Of a stretch of 64,000 bases of DNA, positions 8,206-18,035 are shown piece by piece. Position 1 is the stretch's first letter. Every line of letters starts with the position of its first letter. A program made the translations under genes and the position numbers. Source of the stretch: Gemmatimonadota bacterium (GTDB taxonomy: Bacteria; GCA-2686955); the NCBI GenBank assembly GCA_002686955.1, contig NYZA01000143.1, positions 6,974 to 70,973 of the forward strand, written 5' to 3'. The notes below the pieces were generated by a model, which had not been told where the DNA came from, searched no databases, and worked only from the letters and a program-made list of their open reading frames with translations.

Positions 8206-11200
8206 ACCGGGCGATCGAGTGGTTCGCCCACAACGCCGTCGCGGCCAATCTGATGATGATCTTCATCCTGGCCGCCGGAGCACTCTCGATCTCCACCCTC
8301 AAGACCGAGGTCTTTCCGGAGATCTCCTCCGGCTTCGTTTCGGTCGGGGTTCCCTACCCCGGTGCCACGCCGGCGGAGGTCGAGGAGTCGATCTGCGTGC
8401 GGATCGGGGAGGCGGTTCAGGGGATCTCGGGCATCGATCGACTCACGTCGACCGCGGTCGAGAACGCGGGCTCCGTTTTGATCGAATTGATTCCCGGTTT
8501 GGAGGTGCGCGAGGTTCTCGACGATGTGAAATCGGCGGTCGACGGCATCACAACCTTCCCGGAGAACGCGGAGGCTCCGGTCGTGCAAGAAGTCCGGCGG
8601 CTCAACCAGGTCGTAAATGTCGCGATCTCGGGGCCGGCCGAGGAGCGGGCGCTCAAGCAACTCGGCGAGCGCGTGCGTGACGAAATCGCCGCGCTACCCG
8701 GCATCACCCTCGTCAAGCTGACCAATGTTCGTCCCTACGAGATCTCGATCGAAGTGTCGGAGGCTGCCTTGAGGCGATATGGCGCCACCTTCGACGAGGT
8801 CGCCGCCGCGGTGCGTCGTTCCTCTCTCGATCTTCCCGCCGGATCGGTAAAGACCGAGGGCGGCGAGGTATTGGTGCGCACGAAAGGGCAGGTCTACCAC
8901 GGTGAGCAGTTCGCCGAGCTGGTGGTGCGCACCCTGAGCGATGGTACTCGTCTGCGTGTCGCCGACTTGGCGAGGGTTGTGGACGCCTTCGCGGAAGGTG
9001 ATCTGAGCAGTCGCTTCGACGGAGAGCCGGCGGTCGTGATCGAAGTGTATCGGGTCGGCGATCAGAACGCGCTCGATGTGTCGAGTGCCGTGGAAACCTA
9101 TGTCGAGCAAGCGCGGGGCCGGATGCCCGAGGGCATCGACCTGACGACATGGATGGACATGGCCGTGGTGCTACGCGGCCGCCTCGGGCTGTTGCTGCGG
9201 AACGGTCGGTGGGGGATCGTGCTCGTGTTTCTGTCGCTGGCGCTCTTCCTAAGGCCGAGTCTCGCATTTTGGGTAACGATGGGTATTCCGATTTCGTTCA
9301 TGGGAGCGCTGTGGTTACTGCCATCGACGGGAGTATCGATCAATCTGCTCTCACTCTTCGCATTCATCGTCGTGCTCGGAATCGTCGTCGACGATACAAT
9401 CGTTGTGGGGGAGAACGTTTTCACCCACAGAGGACAGAACAAATCCGCTTTGCGCGCTGCGATCGACGGAACGCGCGAGGTCGCGACACCCGTCGTGTTC
9501 GCGGTGCTGACGTCGATCGCCGCGTTTTCACCGCTGCTCCGAATCGAGGGAACGATGGGACAGTTGATGCGGCAGATCCCGTCCGTCGTAGTCCTGACTC
9601 TCATTTTTTCACTGATCGAATCTCTGTTCATACTGCCGGCCCACCTCGCCCATCTCAAGAAACGCAAGCCCAACCCAACGTCCAAAGGCCCGATGCACAC
9701 TTGGCGGCGTGTGCAAGACTCTTTCCAACGCCTCATGGACAATTTGATCCAGAAAGCCTACGGACCCACACTCGAACGGGCTCTCGGTCTTCGTTACGCC
9801 GTCGTAGGATTGAGCCTCTTTCTGCTCTTCCTGACCGTCGGAACCATCGCCGGCGGACGAACCAAGTTCACCTTCTTCCCCAGCGTGGAAGCGGACAACG
9901 TCGTCGCCGGTCTCACGATGCCGCTGGGGACTTCGGTGGAGCGCACGTCCGATGCAGTGAAGAGACTCGAGGAGTCGGCGGAGCAGGTTCGTCGCGAGAT
10001 GGAGGCAGCGGAAGGCGGCGCGGTCTATTCACATGTCTTGGCTTCGATCGGCTCTCAGCCCTTCAAGGAACAACAGGGCCGGCACGCTCCGACCTCGCAA
10101 CGAACATCGGTCGACGATTCGCATCTCGGCGAAGTGAACATCCAGCTCGTTCCATCCGAGCGGCGCAACACCGATGCGATCGACGTCGTGGAGCGTTGGC
10201 GTGAGCGGACCGGCCCGATCGCCGATGCCGTGGAGCTGAGCTTCAGCTCGAGCCTCTTCTCGAGCGGCTCCCCGATCGACATCCAGCTCTCCAGCAGAGA
10301 TCTCGACGTGTTGACCGCGGCCGCAGGTGAGTTGAAGGCTCATCTGGCGACCTTCCCCGGGCTCTACGATATTTCCGATTCCTTCAGAGCAGGGAAAGAG
10401 GAGGTTCGGCTCTCGATCCGCCCCGAGGGTCAGACCCTCGGACTGAATCTCGTCGATCTCGCGCGGCAGGTGAGACAGGGTTTCTATGGCGAGGAGGCGC
10501 AGAGGATCCAGCGAGGCCGAGACGAAGTAAAAGTGATGGTGCGCTACCCGGAAAACGAGAGACAATCGATGGGTAGCCTCGAAGAGATGCGCATCCGTGT
10601 GCCGGGCGGGGGCGAAGTGCCCTTCGCTACTGTTGCCAGGGCGGAAATGAGCCGGGCGCCGGCCACGATCCGCAGGGTGAATCGTGCCCGTAGCGTTCAG
10701 GTGACCTCCGAAGCGAATCTCGATCTCGTCAATCCGAACGACGTCATCGAGAAGCTGGTATCGAGCTATCTCCCACAACTCGAGAGTCGCCATCCCGGGC
10801 TCCGCTACAGCCTCGAGGGTGAGCAGCGAGAGCAGGCGAGAACACTTGCAAGCCTGGGCCGCGGATTCGTCCTCGCGATCGTGATGATCTACGCGCTTCT
10901 GGCGATCCCTTTCCGTTCCTATATCCAACCCCTGGTCGTCATGACCGCCATCCCCTTCGGTCTGATGGGCGCGATTTGGGGGCATTGGATCATGAGGAGC
11001 GACCTGACTATCCTCTCACTCTTCGGAATGGTGGCGCTCACCGGCGTCGTCGTGAACGACAGCTTGGTGCTCGTCGACTTCATCAATCGAAAACGTCGCA
11101 CCGGTCTTCCACTCGGCATCGCGATTCGGGACGCGGGCAAGGCGCGTTTCCGCCCGATCGTCCTCACCTCGCTCACGACATTCCTCGGATTGACCCCGAT

Positions 11201-11411
11201 GCTTCTCGAAAGATCGCTCCAGGCCCGATTCCTGATTCCCATGGCCACCTCGCTGGCCTTCGGAGTGCTCTTCGCGACCTTCGTTACGATGATCGTAGTG
11301 CCGGTCACCTACCTCATCATCGAAGACATCAAGGGAATGGTTCGGACTTCTCGCGAGTCGGCGACTATGATCGGCGCCTCGACCGATCTTTCAGGAAAGG
11401 GCACGCGGTGA
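8202..11411 (+). CDS. RND efflux permease (AcrB/HAE1 family)
   Basis: 1069 aa, 12-TM architecture with two large periplasmic loops. Conserved motifs include ...AFIVVLGIVVDDTIVVGEN... and ...ALTGVVVNDSLVLVDFI... Confidence 0.9.
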   Translation: MNRAIEWFAHNAVAANLMMIFILAAGALSISTLKTEVFPEISSGFVSVGVPYPGATPAEVEESICVRIGEAVQGISGIDRLTSTAVENAGSVLIELIPGLEVREVLDDVKSAVDGITTFPENAEAPVVQEVRRLNQVVNVAISGPAEERALKQLGERVRDEIAALPGITLVKLTNVRPYEISIEVSEAALRRYGATFDEVAAAVRRSSLDLPAGSVKTEGGEVLVRTKGQVYHGEQFAELVVRTLSDGTRLRVADLARVVDAFAEGDLSSRFDGEPAVVIEVYRVGDQNALDVSSAVETYVEQARGRMPEGIDLTTWMDMAVVLRGRLGLLLRNGRWGIVLVFLSLALFLRPSLAFWVTMGIPISFMGALWLLPSTGVSINLLSLFAFIVVLGIVVDDTIVVGENVFTHRGQNKSALRAAIDGTREVATPVVFAVLTSIAAFSPLLRIEGTMGQLMRQIPSVVVLTLIFSLIESLFILPAHLAHLKKRKPNPTSKGPMHTWRRVQDSFQRLMDNLIQKAYGPTLERALGLRYAVVGLSLFLLFLTVGTIAGGRTKFTFFPSVEADNVVAGLTMPLGTSVERTSDAVKRLEESAEQVRREMEAAEGGAVYSHVLASIGSQPFKEQQGRHAPTSQRTSVDDSHLGEVNIQLVPSERRNTDAIDVVERWRERTGPIADAVELSFSSSLFSSGSPIDIQLSSRDLDVLTAAAGELKAHLATFPGLYDISDSFRAGKEEVRLSIRPEGQTLGLNLVDLARQVRQGFYGEEAQRIQRGRDEVKVMVRYPENERQSMGSLEEMRIRVPGGGEVPFATVARAEMSRAPATIRRVNRARSVQVTSEANLDLVNPNDVIEKLVSSYLPQLESRHPGLRYSLEGEQREQARTLASLGRGFVLAIVMIYALLAIPFRSYIQPLVVMTAIPFGLMGAIWGHWIMRSDLTILSLFGMVALTGVVVNDSLVLVDFINRKRRTGLPLGIAIRDAGKARFRPIVLTSLTTFLGLTPMLLERSLQARFLIPMATSLAFGVLFATFVTMIVVPVTYLIIEDIKGMVRTSRESATMIGASTDLSGKGTR

Positions 11412-11434
11412 CGAGATCCAAACTTCGATCGGCG

Positions 11435-12307
11435 ATGGTCGTGGGCGCCAGCGGCTATGTTGGTCGCAATCTGACCCCCGCGATCGCCGCGGCGGGCTAT
11501 CGAGTGCTGGGCACCGGGCTGAGGAACCTCGACTCGATCCCGCGCGGCCGGAGGATCAAGACTCGGGAGCTGGATGTGCGTGACCGATCGGCGGTTCAGG
11601 CCCTGGTCGAAGAGGTGCGACCCGAGATCCTGGTGGACTGCACAACGGTCAGCGATCCGGCTCAGCTGGCCGCGGTGATCGTCGACGGATCGCGCAACCT
11701 CGCGACGGCGTCGGCCTCCGTAGGGGCGATCCATATCCTTCTGTCGACCGACAACGTTTTCGACGGGGCGAGCGGGTGGTACGCCGAGGAGGACCCGGTC
11801 TGCCCGGCCAACCCCTACGGCCGGGCGAAGGCGGCCGCGGAAGAGATCGTGATGCGCCTCTCGACCCGGCCCGTCATCGTGCGCACTTCCTTGGTCAGCG
11901 GCCTCGACCCCCTTGATCCTCGTTCTCAGTGGGTGGCGAACGCCTTGCACCAGGGAACTCCGGTATCCCTCTTCACCGACGAGCTTCGATGCCCCATCTG
12001 GATCGACGATCTGGTGGCATCGGTCGTCGAGCTTCTCGACGGCCGCCATCTCGGAGTCCTGCACGTCGTGGGTCCGGAGAGGCTTTCGCGATACGAAATC
12101 GGCGCGCTGATCGCGGAGTGGCTCGATCTTCCCAAAGAAGCGCTGGTGCCCTCGCTGGCCAGTCGGTCCAGCATGGCTCGCACCCTCGATGGCTCGATGG
12201 CGACGGGACGGGCGCGGTCGGTCCTGACGACAGATCCTCGCGGTTTCGAATCGCGCATCCTCGCATTGATCGAGGAGCGCGGAGGGGAAGAAGAGGAGAG
12301 CGAGTGA
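11435..12307 (+). CDS. NAD(P)-dependent sugar-nucleotide reductase/epimerase (RmlD-like)
   Basis: Rossmann start MVVGASGYVGRNL. It resembles the dTDP-4-dehydrorhamnose reductase substrate-binding fold (short-chain, about 290 aa). An in-frame GTG at 11408 is an alternative start. Confidence 0.55.
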   Translation: MVVGASGYVGRNLTPAIAAAGYRVLGTGLRNLDSIPRGRRIKTRELDVRDRSAVQALVEEVRPEILVDCTTVSDPAQLAAVIVDGSRNLATASASVGAIHILLSTDNVFDGASGWYAEEDPVCPANPYGRAKAAAEEIVMRLSTRPVIVRTSLVSGLDPLDPRSQWVANALHQGTPVSLFTDELRCPIWIDDLVASVVELLDGRHLGVLHVVGPERLSRYEIGALIAEWLDLPKEALVPSLASRSSMARTLDGSMATGRARSVLTTDPRGFESRILALIEERGGEEEESE

Positions 12308-12314
12308 AGAGAGT

Positions 12315-14129
12315 CTAGTCCGCGTACCCGAGAGCTTTCAGCTCTTCGCGCAACCGAGGATTGGGATCGGGGGGACGGGGTGGGGTCCACCGAAGCTGCT
12401 CGAAGCGCGTCATGAGCGACCGATGGACCTTGGGATTGGACAGGAGCCCGCTCCTGACATCGGTGCGGTCATCGCCGGCGGGGGCGAGAACATTTGCTCC
12501 GGTCCGAGGATCTAACGTGAGGGTCCAACCGTCCGAACGGGTCGCGCAAATGGCGGGGTTCCGATCTCCGAGACGCGGCGAGCCGAGCGCCGGTGCTTCC
12601 GACCAGACGAGACGCGGGGAGCGATTGGAGGACCGATCCGCGAGCAGCGATCGCCCGTCGAGATCCACCATGCCGATCGCATCGCCCTCGACTCCGAAGA
12701 TATCGAGCAGAGTCGGCGCCAGATCGGCCAATGACACCAAGTTCCGGGCAACACCGGGCGCTTCCTCACCCCCCACGCGAACCGGAGCACCCACCGGCGG
12801 CTTGATGATCAGCGGTACCCGCAGCACCTCCCGGCGCAGCGACTTGCCGTGCTGAAAGACCCCATCTCTCCCAAACTGTTCGCCGTGGTCCGCCGCGATG
12901 ATGATCCAGCTTCGTTCCCACAGCCCCCGCGCCTCCAGCGCCCGCCAGAGGAGGCCGATCTGCGCGTCGAGCCAGGCCACTTCGCCCCGATACCGCGCCC
13001 GAAGAGCGTTCGCGATCTCCGCCGAAGGCTCGGAGCCCGCGGCGGCGAGCCCTTCCAGCTCCGCGAGCGTGCCCTCTAGCGCGAAGGGCGGTGCGTCGAA
13101 GAGAGAGCGGTACGGCTCGGGTGCGTCATAGGGCGCGTGCGGTGCGTCATCGTAGTAGTGGATCCAGAGCAGGAAGGGATCCTCGGCGGGCGCATCGAGA
13201 AGGAGCCAGCGGCGCGCGGCGAGCGTGGTCGGCACCGAGGAATCCGCCGTATCGAACCAGGCGCCGACAGTCTGCCACCGAGCGAGAAGCTGGCGCAGGG
13301 GCGGAAGATCCCAAACCGAGAGCTCGCGATGGAGTCGGCGCCGAAACCCCCGGTCGAGACCGATCGCGTCGGCGAGATCGAGGTCGGTGGCCGATACCAT
13401 CCGAAGATCCCGCGCGCTCAAGGCATCCCCCACCCGAACCAGGCCGGGATCGAGCGCATGGAGATTCGATCGCACTCCATGCCGGTGCACCCAGCGACCG
13501 GTCATCATCGACGTGAGACTTGGGATCGTAAAGGGCGCGGTGGCGACCGCGTTGTCGAAGCGGATCGATTGGCGAGCAAGCCGATCGATGCGCTCCGTGT
13601 GAGCGTCCGCGGCTCCGTACGCACCGAGAACATCGGCCCTCAGCGTGTCGATGGTGAGCAAGACGACGCGCGGGGCGTCGCCGCGGGCGGCTGGAGCCGG
13701 TAGCGGCCAAGGGACCGCGATCGCGCCGACCACCAGCGCACCCGCCCACGCCGCTCGACCGCCGCGCACCGCCCCCCAGTGAACGATCGGCACCAGCGCA
13801 AGTCCCACCGCGCTGATCGGCAACTCCAAGCCGGTATCTCGGCGGACCAACGCCGTCCACAGAATCAGGACCCCCACCCGCAAGACCGCCGACGCAATGA
13901 GGGAAGCCGGGGCTGGCGATTCTCGTCGTCCCCCCGAGGACAAATGCGTCATGCAGCCGAAGGCGGCACCCGCCAGTGCGTACGACGCGCCCGACGCAAC
14001 GATGAACTCCCAGCGCGCCACCGGCAAGAGGAGCCCCAGCCGAAGAAGCCGCACGCTCTCGACCAGGCCGAGCCCCCCCCAGATCGCGCCGTCCACCAGA
14101 GCGGCCCTGCGGCACCCGCGGATCGCCAC
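12315..14129 (-). CDS. Membrane-anchored AlkP/sulfatase-fold enzyme (N-terminal multi-TM domain plus periplasmic catalytic domain)
   Basis: ...VVLLTIDTLRADVLGAYG... metal-binding start of the sulfatase fold. The nucleophile region reads ATAPFTIPS (no C/S-x-P-x-R FGly motif). About 150 aa of TM helices at the N-terminus. The start codon is uncertain. Confidence 0.65.
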   Translation of the reverse strand: MAIRGCRRAALVDGAIWGGLGLVESVRLLRLGLLLPVARWEFIVASGASYALAGAAFGCMTHLSSGGRRESPAPASLIASAVLRVGVLILWTALVRRDTGLELPISAVGLALVPIVHWGAVRGGRAAWAGALVVGAIAVPWPLPAPAARGDAPRVVLLTIDTLRADVLGAYGAADAHTERIDRLARQSIRFDNAVATAPFTIPSLTSMMTGRWVHRHGVRSNLHALDPGLVRVGDALSARDLRMVSATDLDLADAIGLDRGFRRRLHRELSVWDLPPLRQLLARWQTVGAWFDTADSSVPTTLAARRWLLLDAPAEDPFLLWIHYYDDAPHAPYDAPEPYRSLFDAPPFALEGTLAELEGLAAAGSEPSAEIANALRARYRGEVAWLDAQIGLLWRALEARGLWERSWIIIAADHGEQFGRDGVFQHGKSLRREVLRVPLIIKPPVGAPVRVGGEEAPGVARNLVSLADLAPTLLDIFGVEGDAIGMVDLDGRSLLADRSSNRSPRLVWSEAPALGSPRLGDRNPAICATRSDGWTLTLDPRTGANVLAPAGDDRTDVRSGLLSNPKVHRSLMTRFEQLRWTPPRPPDPNPRLREELKALGYAD

Positions 14130-14144
14130 CTTCGTGACAGGCTC

Positions 14145-15326
14145 CTATCTCAGATCGTGGGCACGCCGCTCCACCACCAACATCCGGCCTTCCGCCCGCT
14201 GCTTTCGATACCCCAAGAGGTGGAAGAGATCGTAGACGTACCAGCGCGCCACCGACGGATTGACGCGCAGCCAGTTCCGATGGGCGGGGTGCCGATCCAC
14301 GCCCGGGAACCAATGGACGATGTTCGAGACCCGCAAGCGCCGGAGGATCCGCGAGATCCCTAGCCAGAAGGGCTCGACTTCACGCGCAAGGAAGAAACCG
14401 TCGTTTCCAACGGCCTGATAGAGGGGCAGCAAGACGCGGCATGGCTTGGGTGCCATGATCTGCCCGGAGCGATCGGTGGCCAGATGCTCCCCGGCCTCGA
14501 TCCTCTGGAAGTTGCGGAACCCGGGCTCCATCTTGAATTCGTCCTCCGACTGGATCGGATGGCGGCTGGTGAGCTCCAACACCGGCGGAACGTGGGCGCT
14601 CGCGGCGGCGAGCTTTTCGCGTAGTACGGCCACATCGTCCACCGCCCCTTCCGCAATGCAACCCGCGGTCTCGAGCGCGATCCAGATGGTCGCCGCCAGA
14701 TGATCGACCGACGAATCGGCGTCGTGCTGCCCCCCCTCGACCGCGATCGAGATATGTCCTTCTCGCGTCATCAGCTCGGAAAGCGCGCCGTCGATCGTCT
14801 CTTCGAGCCCCAATATGATCGGAGCGGGGAAATGGAAGGCGAACTCTCGATTGCGCAAGGTGTCGGCGAAGCAGATGAAGGGTTCGCCGGGAGCCGAGCT
14901 GGTGTGCAAATCGAGAAAGACCACGGGTCCGCGCGCCTGGGCGACGGCATCGTCGAGACTGGCGAGAAGGGCGAGCTGCTCGCGTTCTTCGGGGTCGTCG
15001 TGTGCGGTCCGGCGATCTCGCCGCATCGTCCGAACCCCTTCTTCCGTCCACAGCCTGTTGAGATCGGTGCGCAGATAGCGCTCCCCGGCCTCGATCGCCG
15101 CCAGGTTTCCGGCGAATCCGATCAGATCTCCCTTGAATTCGACACCATCGGAGCGGAGCCGCCGCACCACCCGATCGATCGCTCGGATCCCCGCCGATTC
15201 GTTTCCGTGCAATCCGCCGACGACGATGACGCAGGGGCCCGCCGCGCCCGAAAAACGCCCGACGAGCCTCGCGATGGTCATCTCCGCGCTCTCCTCGGCG
15301 CCAGCTTCGAATCGATCCCGCATCAT
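14145..15326 (-). CDS. Succinylglutamate desuccinylase/aspartoacylase (AstE/AspA) family zinc hydrolase
   Basis: ...CVIVVGGLHGNESAGI... is the family's Zn-binding H-x-x-E signature. 393 aa. It lies 7 bp downstream of the GCS2-CBS gene. Confidence 0.6.
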   Translation of the reverse strand: MMRDRFEAGAEESAEMTIARLVGRFSGAAGPCVIVVGGLHGNESAGIRAIDRVVRRLRSDGVEFKGDLIGFAGNLAAIEAGERYLRTDLNRLWTEEGVRTMRRDRRTAHDDPEEREQLALLASLDDAVAQARGPVVFLDLHTSSAPGEPFICFADTLRNREFAFHFPAPIILGLEETIDGALSELMTREGHISIAVEGGQHDADSSVDHLAATIWIALETAGCIAEGAVDDVAVLREKLAAASAHVPPVLELTSRHPIQSEDEFKMEPGFRNFQRIEAGEHLATDRSGQIMAPKPCRVLLPLYQAVGNDGFFLAREVEPFWLGISRILRRLRVSNIVHWFPGVDRHPAHRNWLRVNPSVARWYVYDLFHLLGYRKQRAEGRMLVVERRAHDLR

Positions 15327-15332
15327 CCGCTT

Positions 15333-17249
15333 TCAGCTCCGGAGCTGCTCCTCCAGAAGCACGCCCGCGATCGTCATGAAGTCCTTCTCCGTGACCAGGC
15401 CCACGAGGCGCTCGTTCTCGACCACGGGCAGACAGCCGACCCGGTGCTGCTTCATCAGCGCGATCGCCTCGAGTGTCGGCGTGCTCGGCGGCACCGACAT
15501 CGGGTGCATCTGCATGATCTCGGAAACCGGCACCGTCTTCGTATGGGCCTCGGCTAGGTTGCGCACCAGGAAGCGCAACAGAGATCGGTAGGTGACCAGG
15601 CCAACCAGGCGGTTCTCGTTGTCCTCGACCGGAACGAAACGGATGTGCTGCCAGTCCATGAGGTTGACGACCAGATCGACGAGGTCGCCTTCGTTCACCG
15701 TGTAGAGGTCCGTGGACATGTACTGCTCGACCCGGGCGTAGTTCGATCTCCAGTCGCCGGCGTCGTCGATCGTGGCGAGACTCCACTCGTGAACCGGCTT
15801 GAGGCTCAGCTCTCGGGTGACGCAGCAGGCGGTGAGGGCGCTCAGCCGTTCGGCCTTCGTGCCCTTGCCCTTCATATCGGCATGGGACTGGATCACCCAG
15901 CAGGCACCCGTTTGACCGCTCGTGACTCGCGCCTCGATCACACCAAGGTAACGCTCGATGTCGTCCGCGTTGATGCCCGCGGTGGCGAGCCCCTCGCGCG
16001 CCATCGGGAGAAGCCGTTCCAAAACCAGCGTCAAGACTGGCTCCGGACTGCTCTTGTGAATCCACGATAGTTGCGCGCCCAATCCGAATCGGGCCGCCGC
16101 CAAGAAGTTCGCACGCGTGTCATCGAAATCCATGACGCGCGTGATGTCGGCGTACTCCTCGGTCATCCCGGCCAGGAGCCCGAACCAGAATGCCGCATTC
16201 GCGACCTCGTCCACCGGTGTCGGTCCGGAGGGGATGTATCGGTTCTCGATTCGAAGATGTGGCTTGCCTTCGGAGATGCCGTAGCAGACGCGGTTCCAGC
16301 GGTATACGGTGCCGTTGTGGAAGCAAAGGGCGCGAAGCTGAGGCACACGACCGGCGGCGAGCTCCGCCAGCGCATCCTCCTCTTCCGCCGCGGCCATGAG
16401 CACGCGAAAACGGGCGATGTCCTCCTGGAAGATCTCCAGAACGGAGTCGTCCACCCACTTCGTCCCGAAACTGACTCGCGGCTGCACCGAGCGCTGGTGC
16501 GAACGGATGTTGCGGGTATCGATCGATTGCTCGAAAAGCGCGATTCGGGTCTCCCGCCACAGCCGTTTGCCGAAGAGAAGCGGAGAGTTGCAGCAGATCG
16601 CCAGCAGCGGAGCGGCCGCGGCCTGCGCCATATTGTAGAGGCGGGCGAACTCGTTCGGTCCCACCTGGAAGTGGGTCTGAAAACTGGTGTTGCACGCCTC
16701 CAACATCACGGTGGCGTGGCTGATCAGAAGCTCGTCTACACCCTTGATCCGGAATTCGTAGTCTTTTCCGCGCAACGCGGTGAGCGACTCGTTCAGAGCC
16801 AAGTAGCGTGGGTTCTCGGTCATGTTCTCGAGACCGAGATGGGGGACGTCGAGCGTCGGCAGGATGCCGGTCATCACAACATCACCCCCCAGATCCCTCG
16901 CGGCCCCGCGGATCTTGCCCACGTACTCGGTGACCTGACGCTCGAGCGTACTCAGACAGGTGCCACCGAAGGTCAGAGGCGGCAGATTGAACTCGATGTT
17001 GAACTTCGCGAGCTCGGTAACGACGGCCGGGTCCTCAATACGTTCCAAAACCTGCTGGACCATCGGCGCCGGGCGCCAGTCGCGGTCGACCAGGAAGAGC
17101 TCCTGCTCGACACCGATTCGCCTCACACCGGTCTCGAACGAGCCATCGATCAACATCCGTTCGAGCGCCCGCACATCGCTCAGGAGCTGCTTCATGAAGG
17201 TGCGGAGCTCCGAGGCTTCAAAACGGGCGGTCTGGGGGTGGTCACCCAT
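15333..17249 (-). CDS. Carboxylate-amine ligase (glutamate-cysteine ligase family 2, GCS2/YbdK-like) fused to a C-terminal CBS pair
   Basis: ...RRIGVEQELFLVDRDWRPAP... is the GCS2 N-terminal motif. The C-terminus has two CBS repeats (...LVGLVTYRSLLRFL..., ...LVGLVTEKDFM...). Likely start MGDHPQT at 17249, since the ORF track's earlier Met would run into ubiX. Confidence 0.6.
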   Translation of the reverse strand: MGDHPQTARFEASELRTFMKQLLSDVRALERMLIDGSFETGVRRIGVEQELFLVDRDWRPAPMVQQVLERIEDPAVVTELAKFNIEFNLPPLTFGGTCLSTLERQVTEYVGKIRGAARDLGGDVVMTGILPTLDVPHLGLENMTENPRYLALNESLTALRGKDYEFRIKGVDELLISHATVMLEACNTSFQTHFQVGPNEFARLYNMAQAAAAPLLAICCNSPLLFGKRLWRETRIALFEQSIDTRNIRSHQRSVQPRVSFGTKWVDDSVLEIFQEDIARFRVLMAAAEEEDALAELAAGRVPQLRALCFHNGTVYRWNRVCYGISEGKPHLRIENRYIPSGPTPVDEVANAAFWFGLLAGMTEEYADITRVMDFDDTRANFLAAARFGLGAQLSWIHKSSPEPVLTLVLERLLPMAREGLATAGINADDIERYLGVIEARVTSGQTGACWVIQSHADMKGKGTKAERLSALTACCVTRELSLKPVHEWSLATIDDAGDWRSNYARVEQYMSTDLYTVNEGDLVDLVVNLMDWQHIRFVPVEDNENRLVGLVTYRSLLRFLVRNLAEAHTKTVPVSEIMQMHPMSVPPSTPTLEAIALMKQHRVGCLPVVENERLVGLVTEKDFMTIAGVLLEEQLRS

Positions 17250-17423
17250 GCGGACTCCTCGGCGAGAGACGCGTTGGGACGGAACTGCGATTGCGGGCCA
17301 CTTGTGAAGTCTATCCGAATCGGGGCGCGGAGGATGGACCCTATGATGGGACGCAACCCGAGCTCGATGACGGGATCGGATCGGAAGCGCTACTCTCTTC
17401 ATGCGCGCCGACCGATCCGCCTC

Positions 17424-18017
17424 ATGAGAAAGAGCAGCATGACCCGAGCGAAATCAACCCGACCCAGAATCGCGGTCGGCCTCTGCGGAGCTTCAGGCGC
17501 CCAGTACGGAGTCGAGCTTCTGCGGGCGCTCGCCGAGCGCGAGGTCGAGACCCATCTGATCGTGAGCCGGTGGGCCGATGCGGTTATGCGGACCGAAACC
17601 GACACCACCCTCGCCGAGCTGGAAGATCTGGCGGAGGTGACCCACGACAATCACGACATGGCGGCTTCGCTTTCCAGCTCGAGCTTCCTCGTCGATGGAA
17701 TGGTCATCATTCCGGCCTCGGTGAAGACGGTCGCCGAAATCGCCGGTGGTTCGGCCGGCACTCTGATCGCGCGGGCCGCAGACAACATGTTGAAAACCCG
17801 CCGCAGGCTCATAGTTTGCATACGAGAAACCCCGATCAGTCTTCCTTGTATCGAAAACTTGCGCACCATCATGCTCGCCGGAGGCATCGTTGCTCCGCTC
17901 AGCCCGGGTTTCTACCATCGGCCGGCCGACCTCAGCGATCTCTACGCATTCATGGTTGGCAAAGTGCTCGATATGCTCTACATCGAGAACAGCCAGTTCC
18001 GCCGGTGGGGCGAGTAG
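17424..18017 (+). CDS. ubiX: UbiX/Pad1-family flavin prenyltransferase (prenylated-FMN synthase)
   Basis: ...RIAVGLCGASGAQYGVELLRAL...MVIIPASVKTVAEIAGGSAGTLIARAADNMLKTRRRLIVCIRETP... is the canonical UbiX sequence. It is the C-terminal part of ORF 16071..18017, whose upstream portion is an antisense artefact. Confidence 0.85.
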   Translation: MRKSSMTRAKSTRPRIAVGLCGASGAQYGVELLRALAEREVETHLIVSRWADAVMRTETDTTLAELEDLAEVTHDNHDMAASLSSSSFLVDGMVIIPASVKTVAEIAGGSAGTLIARAADNMLKTRRRLIVCIRETPISLPCIENLRTIMLAGGIVAPLSPGFYHRPADLSDLYAFMVGKVLDMLYIENSQFRRWGE

Positions 18018-18035
18018 GTCGGAGGGGAATCACAG

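Noticed and set aside
14380-16065. 561-aa minus-strand ORF (Arg/Gly/Ala-rich) spanning the AstE-like and GCS2 genes
   Set aside because: Alternate-frame shadow ORF typical of ~70% GC DNA. It has low-complexity RG-rich composition, no motifs, and overlaps two well-supported genes.
16071-17423. N-terminal 450 codons of the 648-aa ORF 16071..18017
   Set aside because: Antisense to the GCS2-CBS gene and lacking any family signal. Only the C-terminal ~197 aa (from 17424) are UbiX.
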